This document shows positions 50,201-62,399 of a stretch of 64,000 nt of DNA, piece by piece. The stretch comes from Trichoplax adhaerens (lineage: Eukaryota > Animalia > Placozoa): contig NW_002060964.1 of NCBI RefSeq assembly GCF_000150275.1, positions 108,720-172,719 of the forward strand, given 5' to 3'. The position numbers and the translations under genes were made by a program. The notes under the pieces were generated by a model that saw nothing but the letters and a program-made list of their open reading frames with translations, had not been told where the DNA came from and searched no databases. How positions within the stretch are numbered: the stretch's first letter is position 1; the number at the start of each line of letters is the position of its first letter.

Positions 50201-51526
50201 GCATAAAGATTTGAGTTGAAAATAGATACTTTATTGTAAATTTTAATTCGCGTACAATGTAGTAGTTAGTGTACTGCAACACTAGCAGAGTAGCATATAA
50301 GCTGCCACGAAACAACATTCTGAGGCAAAAGTAACGCATAATGAAAGCCATGAATAAGCAACAAAAGAACCATGATTTCTTTTATATCCTAATATAGTAT
50401 TTACAAAATGATTTGTTTGTTTTAGTCACGCTTCACAGAATGTTGGTGATATAGTCCATATCATATCATATAGGATATGATTATAATAGTTATTTGTATT
50501 GGCTTAATTCTGTAGAGCCAATACAAGCTGAATAGAAGCAACCTGCACCAAGTTGTGCTTCCATACAGAAATAACTACCTCAGGACATTTGGTGGTTTAG
50601 TTATTGCAGTATTTGTTACGGCTTCGTAATTATTGCTTATTGCTGGTACAAATCAGTAAACAGCCAAATCTATTAATCTATTTATTATTTACTATTGGCA
50701 AGAGTCACTCCACCTAAAGTCGGAACTACATTGATTTCGTTTCAATTTCTCTATCAATTAATAGTAGTATTGGTGGTCAAAAAAATAAAATTTTAGTAAA
50801 TTAAGTTAAACTACCAACAATTGAAGTCTAAACAAAATAAATTACCGAAAAAAAATAGTTTATTATAACTTTAACGACAATCTTAGCAAAAATTCTCAAA
50901 TGAATAAAAAAATAAGGGCAGAACGATTGCCCCAACCAACCAAACTATCAATTAATGAGATAACTCACAATTATCATAGACTTTTCTTGTCTTCTCTAAC
51001 TTCAACTGCATTAAACTATCGAACTACGCCATCTTTTATATGATATACAGAGCAGTTGGTGTTATTAGACTATCCAACTATCATTCTACAATAATCCAAG
51101 TTAAACTAGCAATCAAACACAAATGATAAGATAAACTATATCCTAGACTCTAGAAAACTACAAAATTAATACTAAGTATAACGGTAACAGCACAAATAAA
51201 ATGCTATTGATTAGCTACCGGTAATTAATTGATAAAGCTATCTAAGTAATAAATAGATAATTATTTTGTTGCACTATTTAAGATAGATCAAATGCTCTTA
51301 ATCAACTTCTTGGTGCAGTATCATGGCTTTCCTAAAAGTTGCTAGTATGTCGCAAACAAGATAGAATAACGGTATACCCTTAGTATCGTTAATATTCTTA
51401 GACGATAAATAAATAAGTACGAGTATCTAAAGCTATAGATCAAAAGGGAAGTGATCGTCAAATGACATAATATACGCGTATTAGTCTAATTACCAGCTAC
51501 GCGGATGTATAAATTGTGTTAGCTTC

Positions 51527-51680
51527 TTAGTTATAAAGCTTATTCTGGCATTCTTTTACGGCTCCTTCTATCTTTTTCTTAAATTCATCGCTTGCTTTTC
51601 GGCTCAGGATGATATGTATATACGAAAGTAAGTCAAGATTGCCATTCTTCTCAATAAAGTCTTCTACTCTACGAGTATAA
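51527..51680 (-). pseudogene. Orphan 3' fragment of the methyltransferase family
   Basis: Minus strand reads FIEKNGNLDLLSYIHIILSRKASDEFKKKIEGAVKECQNKLYN*, matching the C-terminus of the 59714 copy. Homology breaks upstream with a stop/frameshift. Confidence 0.85.
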
Positions 51681-54440
51681 ATAGAACGTCCGTAGGTACA
51701 TGATTCATTCTATCATTGTTCTAATCTTCCATTGACAACCCTATATGTGATGTAAAAGTCTTCAGAAGGAAGCAACTGCTCTGTCTTGTGTTCTAACATA
51801 CGATCTTCTACTTTCTACAAATAAGTATCCCTAAAACTAGAACGTATCTTTGTGACTAATACATCACAACATGCATATACTTGCATAGTGACTAATTTTA
51901 CACGATAGTAAATAAGACTGTACAGTACAGTAGCAGATTTAGTACCCGCTTTTGACTATGTTATCATAAGCGTATGCTTTGCTAAAAGAATATACGATGA
52001 AGTACTTGTAAAGCTCTACCGTCATCGCAATAGCTACCAAAGAAGAAGTTTTTTCGCTGATACTATCCTATCTACTCTAGTAATTCTTTATTGCTTGCTT
52101 AATCTATGTATAAAGAATTAGATAAGCAAAATGAACTTTTTACTATATGATGCCATCACGGGACTAGAATGTATTGCGCTTACAAACTAAGGTTTACAAC
52201 GCGAAAAAATACTAAAGAAGCTTATGCTTATAAGAGCTCTATCATTTATTTTGAGAAATCGCTCTTCACCCTACTCCCTCTCCCTCTCTTATCATTACAT
52301 TACTGTTCTATTTACTAATGAATGAAGTAGAAATAAAATAAATAAGATTATGCCGGGCTATCCAATCATGAAGCGACAACCTATCTAAATTTTCGTAAAT
52401 ATGATATCGTAATTAGTCAGCCAAACGTGTTCATTCTTGAATATACGAGTATGTAAATATTATCCGGAAATAATATGGTTAGTATTGAATATCGAGCTAA
52501 CTGTAAATAGTGTAAAAACTGAGATTTTATCTTTAAAATAAGATTCTATTATCATAAAAATACTTGACATATTATCGTTAAATAGAGTTTAATGATACTC
52601 ATCGAAATTTTTTAGATCGTATTTTGTCATAAGAAATTGCTATTTAATAGAACTTCAACAAATAATGATTTTAGCTATTAATCCATTATGCTTTGTAATG
52701 AAATAAGTAAATCGTCTATTTTCAGGCTTTGCAATAAAAAGAATCATCATTATATTAAAAGGGAGGTGGATTTTCAATGCAAAGTTATCAGTTTTAAATT
52801 AGCCAGTTACTAATTATTCAAATATGTACTTAAAAACTAACGTATACCATAAGTCGTGCTCGTAAAACTAAATAGTGTACCATGGCTTGGACAACTAACC
52901 ACGAAATATAAAGTATACATGTCTTGATCAATTGGTTTCGTTTGAAAATCTGCAGTTTATCCAACTTCTCAGCTATGAGTACAGTATATGTTATATTAAA
53001 ACATTAACTACCGTCATTGTAAATTCTAAAGCAATAATTATGGATGAATAATTATAGTTATTGAAACCAGAAACCACTATGAATACCAGCGTAAACTAGG
53101 CGAAAAATCAATTTATTAAATGCGAGTATATTTACTTCAAATCAATAATTTAGTAATATTAGGGAATCTAGTATGAGTCTTTCTGAACGTAGATAATTTA
53201 TTGTAAGATTAATTTAGAGCAATTTAGATTGATGATGCTTTAGTTTTATTCTATCAACTGCCATGAAGCGTAAAAAAGCGATGCAGTTCTACACTTTAGT
53301 AAAAGAATAGTAAAGTAACCAAGGAAGCTGTCAAAAAGTAATCTTGAAGTAGGATACTTTGTTTCTCCAATAATTAATCAATATAACAATTCTAGTTGGT
53401 TCTTATATTTTTGGGATAGTATAGTAGACTGGAACAGCATTAATGGCTTCCTTTTTACTAATATTTTTAAGAACACATTCTTGCTGTATTTTTGGCATTG
53501 TTGTTCAAGATTAAGATGGGGAGGTATTTTCCTCAATTAATTACGTCAAGCTAAAGTAATAATACCACAGTTTAATAAATTTAAATTTTCTTTCCTATTA
53601 TCTCTCAGATAGGTAAATTGAATCAGATGAATACAAGATGAATTAATAGTACTAATAACAAAATAAATATGGTGGAAAAATGCTATCCATATGCACTATT
53701 ATTGTACTATGTATGATAAAGCTGCCGGTAAGTATAATATTTAGAAGATAAGAATTAAGTGTAAGGTAAACATTAGAGTTTCTATTCATTACTGTTATGA
53801 TTTTGGTGCTTGTTGCCTAGAGTAGTAATGGAAGACCTCTAAGTGATGATATTTAATTTGCTAATCGCGATTGTAGTTAAAATTTCTGAAGTATCTTCAA
53901 TAGAGATCTCGTTGTTATTTTTGCAGCAATAATTTCTAACTTTGATATAGCTTTACTGTTGAACCACAGAGTAATATTATATTTACTGTTTTCGATACTC
54001 ATTTTAGTGGCAAAACAACAATATTGTGGCGTGCATTTTACGAATCGAAGGCGAGTGATTTTTTTCGCCTAGACAGCCAATACGATAGTATGTAAAATTT
54101 GCCAGTAACTATTCGAGTAGTACATTTTTGGGTTGATCATACTTAAAGATAATTCATTCATTTTGTCGTTAAAAGTAATATTTAATAGTAAATATCTCAA
54201 TCAATGTACGTTATTAACAAGTTATAATTTTCAATTTTGATGGTCATTATAAAATATAATCCTTAAAAAATAGTTTATATTCTGATCGATAGTGCAGGCG
54301 CAGTAATTATTAATTAGTATAGTTCTACAAGTAACTCATATTTCGTATGATTTAGTTTTATCAGAAATAATCTTGATGCATCTGATGTCGAAAATCATAT
54401 TAGTATATTACATACAGTTTAGGTTGTAGGAAAATACATT

Positions 54441-55577
54441 TTACAACATAGATATTATCTTTTCTGGGCTGATTTGAGAAAATAGATTCCGACATTCTTC
54501 TGCAACCTTTTCTACTTTCTGCCGCATTTCCGAACTTGCTTTTTTACTTAGTATTATTTGCATACATGAATATATTTTAAGGTTGCCTTCTTCATCTAAC
54601 TTTTCCACTAAGATATCGAGTAAATTTTGTAATCCTCGTGGACTTCGATCCATAAAGAGATCGTTTGGCGATCGATGACCCAGAAATAAGATCATTTGCA
54701 AATCTTGTAGAGCTTCAGTATTATCGTGTAATTCGTGATAACGACTAGGATTCCTGAATATATCCACGTACATCTTAAAGTTGTTTGAAAATCGAATAGC
54801 AGAAGTGTACGGTATGTCATAACAGTTTATTCCTAGCCTATGACATGAATATCTAATCAGACTATCAGCAGATAACATTCGATATTCTTCGTCAGTTGGA
54901 ATAAAATTTTTGATGTGATTTCTAATAAAATAGCTTAATGCAACATTACCATTTACTTTAAGAGAACTATGAAATAGTAGTGCGATACCGTCGTCGGTTA
55001 ATAGATCTGTCACGATACTATCTACAAGATTAGTGACTCCAAATCGACCATTTTTATGTGGAAAAGAAAGATAGTATATACCATGGATAAGATAGACAAG
55101 ACGAAATCGATTCATCGATTGTGTAATCTCTTCCTTCGTATACAATAGCTGTGCCACATCAGATTTTAATAAATCGCCGAACGTAATTTGAAAATTTTTC
55201 AACGGGATAGTTTGATCACGATAAGCATTTGAAAGATTATGATAAATTGGTGGTACTTTCTCGTCATGTAGAATATTTTGGTTTAAAGAGACTCCGCTAC
55301 CAATAAAATTAAAATTGTTGTCCAATCCTCTAATATCTAAACCTGACTTAAATTTAATTCCTTTTAAGTATCTTATAATAGTATCTCCTTCACCACACGC
55401 GATATCAGCCACTAAAGTGACTCGTTTATCGTCGTTTAGTAAACCTTGGTTTTGTAATTTATTTAAGAAAGTATGATTGACTATCGATCCATTTCTTTTT
55501 TCGTTACTTAAGTTCTTGTAGGCTCTGAAAGCTTTATCATATTCATAGACATCGGTTTTAATTGCAAATGGATGCAT
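54441..55577 (-). CDS. HNMT-like SAM methyltransferase, copy B (intronless, near-identical to copy A)
   Basis: Long ORF; the ATG at 55577 is homologous to the copy A start. The ORF track starts at an upstream TTG instead. Confidence 0.8.
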   Translation of the reverse strand: MHPFAIKTDVYEYDKAFRAYKNLSNEKRNGSIVNHTFLNKLQNQGLLNDDKRVTLVADIACGEGDTIIRYLKGIKFKSGLDIRGLDNNFNFIGSGVSLNQNILHDEKVPPIYHNLSNAYRDQTIPLKNFQITFGDLLKSDVAQLLYTKEEITQSMNRFRLVYLIHGIYYLSFPHKNGRFGVTNLVDSIVTDLLTDDGIALLFHSSLKVNGNVALSYFIRNHIKNFIPTDEEYRMLSADSLIRYSCHRLGINCYDIPYTSAIRFSNNFKMYVDIFRNPSRYHELHDNTEALQDLQMILFLGHRSPNDLFMDRSPRGLQNLLDILVEKLDEEGNLKIYSCMQIILSKKASSEMRQKVEKVAEECRNLFSQISPEKIISML

Positions 55578-57762
55578 TATTATACTAATAGTTTCTTTTG
55601 TTAACTTCAATCCCTATGTTAAATTAAGGGTAATGGCTCGGCATGTGTAATGAACTTGATTTGTTTGCTCTAGGTAACTTCTTTATCAATTGATAAGTAC
55701 ACTAGAAATCTCCGATTACCATCCCTTAAGGCAGCCAATGAATGTAAATGAGCCGACTTCTAGACTTATTAAATATGCAAAGCACCCCGATCGCTGATCC
55801 TATTTATCCATCGATTATTAGAATAATATGGTATGATGTACTCTAATCCATAGTTATTTATGACTGTAACCTGTACCTATGACCACCTCATGTAGCTTAA
55901 TTAATAAATTATGTTAATCAAGTATTGTATGATGAATGACTTAGTCTAGTATTGCTCTTACACGCTAAGCTATGCATACAGCAAGCATATGACCGTAGTT
56001 AACTTTACAAGTTATTCTAGATAACAGAAATACAACATCAATTAGTGCAGAATAGTGTATAATCGAGTCCATCATATGCTCTTACCATTACAAGCGGGTA
56101 CTAAATGGAACATTTGGACAATTTGTAGGGGACCTTTATTAATATCGTATAGTATTATTGCTTGGCTTGTAAACAAAATATTCTAAATATTTATAGCGCT
56201 AACATAAATACACTGAATTTATCATTTTATACAATAACAACAATTGTTATTGACGTCGTATATTCAATAAAACATGCTACTGGTTATGGTAGTTCGAACT
56301 TTTGAATTAAAGAACTCGTTTTGTACAGATAAATAAAAATTAGCACAAATCTTAAGTCTTGGATAAAGCAGAAGTGAAAAAAAAACACTCTACTGCAATT
56401 AAACGGTACTGATATGTTATTCGATAATAAGAACAAATTGATCGTGCCAGCGTTAACAACTAAGAGTAGAAACACAACAAGTGAGTTATTTAGCTCATTT
56501 TTTATATAATTATTTACATTTATATAGCCCACGCTAGATATGCCAAGTTATTAGAGCTTTATACTAAAGTGGGCATAGAATAAGCTCTGAAATGATCTAC
56601 TGTGTAAACATGTAGATATTAGAGGATATCCACCTTATTATGACCTACGGTATTAGTTATCTATATAAAGTTATCGACTAACTTTACCCTTTGTGGGTGT
56701 TAAACCATTGAAAAATTTTTGGAATGAATGATGGATTTAATTAAGATCTCACGAAAATCTTATAGAGTTTCAGTATTATCCGATGAAGTACTGTAAATTA
56801 TAAAATAACGGTTAAACTTCTTAATATCGGTGTCTTTTTATACTCATTCCAATTCTTTGAGAATGAGCTAATGAAGGGATGCAAAATTTTCTATCGAGTG
56901 AACGCATTCCGTAGAGTTCTTATCTTTAGATGATCTCATTCACTTGCATCTAAATGTTTAGTTACACTATCAAAATAATAATCTCTAGAATTATCTAATT
57001 GACCTATCATCTTTTCCATTACGTTTACATAAAGTGTTTTTATAATTACTAATACTTTATCATGCCGAAAGACATCAGTCTAAATTTGTATATCTCCATA
57101 ATATTCTTTACTTCTTTGTTGTCCAATTTATCTAAATATAGTACATAACGAGAGGAAAATCTTAATATGTAATTTGATTTTTTTGTGGATAACTGCTGTA
57201 CCACTTTTATAGGCAAGATTCTTTAATACTGGATAAGCTATAAACAGCAGACTACGGCAGATGATCGTTTGGCCATATGAAATCACATTCTAGAAAATTA
57301 CTCCAACACTAATTAGTCCAGGACTAAAATTCATCTATACGTATAAGCAAAAGAAAAACGCCTTTTTTTTAAATCTAATTAACAAACCGTTCCCATATTT
57401 TGCATAAACAAGCTACAGTAGATGAAAAATATAAACAACAGTAATTTAAAATATACTAGTACAAACTCACGTCGCTTTGCTGACGGTTTACGATAATGTA
57501 CCCATTTGTTAATAATTAACAGATAGTATTACCATTCGATATTATATATATCCCAGTAATAGCCAGGCACTACTATATTCACAGCTATGCTTGTAGAATA
57601 CTACTTTTCAATAATACATTCACGGATGAAATGCTATGAAATGCTATATTAAGATTAGTTAATGGTCCAAAGCAAATTATGATAACTAATGTACGGTGAT
57701 GGACAAACCAAGTTAAGATTAGCAGGTACTGTAAGAATCTTATACTGACCTATTGAAATGAA

Positions 57763-57802
57763 CCCATAATCACAGTCATCTAACAGTAGTATAAATACCC
57801 TC
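57763..57802 (+). promoter_or_regulatory. snRNA-type promoter (PSE CCCATAATCACAGTCATC plus TATAAATACCCTC) with no recognised snRNA downstream; predicted +1 at 57820
   Basis: Ungapped match to the U4 promoter: 15/18 in the PSE block and 12/13 in the TATA-CCCTC block, with identical spacing. Confidence 0.65.
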
Positions 57803-57945
57803 CTCGCTGCTCGTGTACAGGGTGGGTCGGTGGCATTTCATAATATAGAGGATAATTAACGCCATTCCCTACATCATCTACTACCGTATTCGATATATAG
57901 CAGTCAACGCCAACATTTGTACTGTACTAGCAATACTAAGCAATA

Positions 57946-58670
57946 CTAAGATGTTGCTATATTAAAATTTCTAGATGCTATCCAAAGGAAATTCGATACG
58001 CCGCTACTTAGTGACTTGTTACCAATTACCTTCTTCTTTAATTTAGGAGTGCTATTAAACAGTAGCACGATACTGTTATCGATTAATAGATCTGTCATAA
58101 CACCGTCAAAAAGATTAGTGATTCTAAACCGACCAATTTTATACGGGGAAGCATAGTACATGCTTCCCCATAAAATCGACCCATCGATTGCTTAATCTCG
58201 TCTTTCGTATATATATATACTGTATATACGGTACAGCATCTGTATCATATGAGATTTTAACAAATCGCCGTATATATAATTTAATAATTTTTCAATGGGA
58301 TAGTTTGATTTACGATAAGTACTTGAAAGAATATGATAAATTGACATTTTTTTCTCTTCTGCATCTACTGTTTTTGCTTACAGGGTTGCTGCTATCAATA
58401 AATTTAGAACAATTATCCCATTCCCTAGTGCCTAGACCTGTTTTAAATTCAATACCTTTAAAATACCCTAAAATAGTATCTTCTCCAACACATATCACAT
58501 AAATAATTAAAGTTACTAGATTGCTTTCGCTCAATGAATCTTGATGCCATAAAATCTTTAAGAGAGCGATAGACTAATGATCCATTCCTTTTTTCGTGAT
58601 ATAATTTCTTGTAAGTCTGAATGCTTTATCATAAGCAAAAATATCATTTCTATTGCAAATGTCTCCTTCC
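57946..58670 (-). pseudogene. Frameshifted, 3'-truncated methyltransferase pseudogene (homology may extend to about 57830)
   Basis: DIFAYDKAF, VTL..VICVGEDTILGYFKGIEFKTGLG and YYASPYKIGRFRITNLFDGVMTDLLIDNSIVLLFNS appear in different frames with stops. Confidence 0.88.
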
Positions 58671-59713
58671 TTAGCTTTTATCTACTTCCTATCATCGACT
58701 TTATTGCAATACGGTATGTTCTACTTTAATTTGTAGCTATTTAAGACATTAATACCTATGATTTTGTGTTTCTGAACAAATGTAATATGTTATTCAAGTA
58801 CTATGCTATCACTAGTTCGATATTAGATCGATGCTATACCACGAAGTTGCTCAGCAAGTATTCCAATATTACAGTCAATCTTACAGTACTGTACACTAAA
58901 TCCACAGGACAGAAAGCTCCGTGCTTCAAGTTAGGCCCAAGATGCGCCATTTAAGCTATTAGATTAGTGATTTCCCTTCGAAAAAGAGACATAAAAGGAG
59001 TCAGACATCATGACGCTGGCACTCAAAGGTTAGTAGTCTCTAGGGAATAGCCGCCTGACTACCGGACTCCATGATTATTATTAACATTACTGTTGAATGC
59101 CACTACTGGAAATTGCGTGGTAGATCAATCTTGCAAAGAAATCCACTTTTTCTACTCTAGTGTATTTATTTCAGCCATCCTATGCTGTAGAAGAAAGCAA
59201 ATGAACTATTATCCATTCAATTTGTAAAAGCAACTGCTGCAAAATGATTATTTTGGCAGCCATGCCGAATGTAATCCGTCAGTGATCTCGATGTGCTATT
59301 GAATTGACATGAAGCATTGTTTTGAGCGGCAAGAATTTTTTAGTATGGACAAGGGGTTGTCATTTCAATTCAATAGAACAAGGTTACTGCTAATTTTGTA
59401 CAGACATTTAGCCGTAGGTTACCTAAAGTCAAAATTAATGAATACAGCATTATTGAACACGAAGAATAGCTTGAGCAAATATTCTCTTATTATGATGATT
59501 TTATGCAGGCTTATTGATTCCAAAAAGAAAGAATAATTTTGCAATAGCAGTGGTGCTTTGTTTAAATCAATGTAGCGAAACATACGTATTAGCCCTTGTC
59601 AACTGGTTACTAACTGTTTGCTAAGGACTTGTTAGGCTGCAAAGACATCGGTTGCTTGTTAATAAACTGACATTGGACTTGCACGTGTACTAAAGAAATG
59701 AGCAGTAGAAACC

Positions 59714-60820
59714 ATGGAGGAACATGCAATTAGAACTGATATTTTCCAATATGATAAAGCTTTTCTTGCCTACAAGAGTTGCAACAATGATCATGAGAGA
59801 TTGTCTCGATTAAATCATACTTTCTTAAAACAACTTCAAGATTTAGGCTTGTTCTATCGTCAGGATCAAGTTACTCTAGTTGGCGATATCGGCTGTGGAG
59901 ATGGAGAAGCTACCATTACTTACTTAAATAATATTGAATTTAAAGGAGGATTAGATATTAGAGCAATGGATAAGCTTGCCCAATTCGCCGGTACACATCA
60001 GTCTTCAGTGAAGAATGCCACTTCAGAAGGAGAAAAAGGACTAGCTAACGAAACTTTCTCGAAAGCTAAACAATCACAGGTGATCCCGTTAAAGAATTAC
60101 CAAGTAAACTTTGGCGATATGTTGGAAGTTGATGTCGCACACCTGTTGTATACAGATGAAGAGATCAAAGAATCAATGAATCGATTTAATCTTGTCTATC
60201 TCTCTCACTCGGTCTACTACGCACGCGATCAACATAAAAATGGCCGATACGGTGTTACTAATCTTCTAGACAGTGTTGCTACTGATTTATTGGCAGATGA
60301 TGGTGTAGCAATACTATTCCATGCCGGTCTTGAATTTGATACAGTCACCTCAATTAGCTATTATACTAGAAGCCTAATTCAAGATATTGTTCCAACTGAG
60401 GAAGAATGCAACAGAATATCTGCTACTCACATTATCAGCAATTCTTCCCGTGAATTAGGGTTAACCTATTTTGAGATACCGTACAAGTTCGAGCTGTACT
60501 TTTCTAAGGATTGTAAAAAATACGCTGATGTATTTAAGGATCCTAGCAGATATCACGAATTACAGAATGATCCTGCAGCATTACAAGACTTGTATAAAAT
60601 CATATTTATTGCCCATCGCTCACCAGATGATCTCTATACAGATCATTCTTCTCGTGGACTAAACAATTTAGTGGATAAAGTACTAGATTGTATTAAGAGA
60701 AATGATAGTATAACTCTATCTGCAAGTATGCAAGTCATCCTAAGTAGAAAAGCAAGCGACGAATTTAAGCAGAAGATAGAAACAGCTGTTAAACAATGCC
60801 AGAATAAATTTGGTGACTAA
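59714..60820 (+). CDS. HNMT-like SAM methyltransferase, divergent copy C (368 aa, intronless)
   Basis: VGDIGCGDG motif I, IRAMD, FNLVYLSHSVYY and LLADDGVAILFH; collinear with copies A and B. Confidence 0.85.
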   Translation: MEEHAIRTDIFQYDKAFLAYKSCNNDHERLSRLNHTFLKQLQDLGLFYRQDQVTLVGDIGCGDGEATITYLNNIEFKGGLDIRAMDKLAQFAGTHQSSVKNATSEGEKGLANETFSKAKQSQVIPLKNYQVNFGDMLEVDVAHLLYTDEEIKESMNRFNLVYLSHSVYYARDQHKNGRYGVTNLLDSVATDLLADDGVAILFHAGLEFDTVTSISYYTRSLIQDIVPTEEECNRISATHIISNSSRELGLTYFEIPYKFELYFSKDCKKYADVFKDPSRYHELQNDPAALQDLYKIIFIAHRSPDDLYTDHSSRGLNNLVDKVLDCIKRNDSITLSASMQVILSRKASDEFKQKIETAVKQCQNKFGD

Positions 60821-61963
60821 AAGCTAGCATAATTGCTGTATCCTCATCTTTCTGCTTGTAGACTGAATTGTTAACGTATGACTCTGCACTGAGTGCTGTA
60901 GAATATCATCAACTACAGTAATCTTAATTGTTACAACTCTCATTAGTACGGCATAGTGTCCAGGTTCGTCCAGTTTTTAGTTAAGCTATTCTTCAAGTTT
61001 CATTTTACATTCCTAATACTTAAATAGAGCGAATTCTAGGTAATAATTGTGCTTAACGATACGTAGTCTAGTAAGGCTAAATAAGATTATAGGTAGTAAT
61101 CCTAGTTGTGGATTAGCATTTACAATGAATGTGAGTGATTAGGCAAAGATTTCACTCTTTCGCCAATCCTTCCCCTTTTAATTTATTTATAGTTAGTTTA
61201 TTTTATTATACGTCTACAAGAATTTACGATCACCTTCGTGTCTATTTATAGTGGGCTCTCAATATAACCGTCGTTAAAAACGATAGCGGTCGATAGTAAT
61301 TAAGCAAGTACATCTCGATATTTTTTAATCACTTCTTCTTGTTGGTTATAAATTTTTTTAATTATCTTACGTTCGTTTTCTGACCTCTTGGAGACTATAC
61401 TATCTTATTTAAATGATACTTTGGTATAAAATTGATCCTATACACATATTTAACCTTGTTTGGACTAACTATAACAAAGTGGACATTCATTAATTCAATT
61501 AATTTAATTTTCGCGCATAACTTTGATATTGATATCAAGCAATCTCATCATATTGTTGCACTAATATTTTGCTAATCTCATTCTCTCTGCTGTAAGCGTA
61601 TACACGTATTTTATATGAACTACTCAATCAAAGAGTTAGTAGACTATAATAAAGTTTAATTTTATTGTCGATGATAACAGCTTTTATTCGGTTTACAAAA
61701 AATAACTGGAATGCATTCCGTTCGAATTAATATTTAGATACGCTATGATAGTCTCACGAGATCATAATTACTGAAAATGCATCCTTTAGCTACTTTTTAT
61801 ATATGGTATATATATGATACATCATATATACTTCATCGTATATATAAGTAGGAGTACAGTACAGTACAAATGAACTATCATACCATCACATAGAATGGTA
61901 CTAAAGACTGTAAATAATTTTAATCCCTCTACGCATACATGTATTTGTATTAGCTAGCACGAT

Positions 61964-62059
61964 CTTGCACTCTATTTACTGTATATCCTCGGTAAATGCA
62001 CCATCAACTTGCACTCTATTTACTGTGTATCCTCGGTAAATGCACCATCAACTTGCACT
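61964..62059. repeat. 44-bp tandem repeat, about 2.2 copies, each with a small hairpin (atttactg..cggtaaat)
   Basis: cttgcactctatttactgt(a/g)tatcctcggtaaatgcaccatcaa repeated. Confidence 0.9.
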
Positions 62060-62171
62060 ATGAATTTACTAACCCTCATTCTACAAACGGGGTCAAACAA
62101 TGTCTGATATATTTAATAATATGCTGTACTGTACTGTAAGATTGACTATAATAATTATTTAAAAAAGATAG

Positions 62172-62221
62172 NNNNNNNNNNNNNNNNNNNNNNNNNNNNN
62201 NNNNNNNNNNNNNNNNNNNNN
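62172..62221. other. Assembly gap (50 N)
   Basis: Run of N characters. Confidence 1.
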
Positions 62222-62399
62222 TTGCATCACGATCAATACTACCCTTCAAAATGAAAACAAATCGCAACGGCAAATAAATAGATTATGGCTATCGAGTGCT
62301 TCCACTACGATCAAGCGCGCCTTTGATGCTATCATTGCAAGAATATCTTCATGAAATTAGTATTCATGACCTTGTACAGTTCAACACGTTTATTCTTTT

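Noticed and set aside
61981-62033. ATATCCT/GTATCCT U12-donor-like words in the 44-bp repeat loops
   Set aside because: No host exon or branch site, and close to an assembly gap; likely chance.
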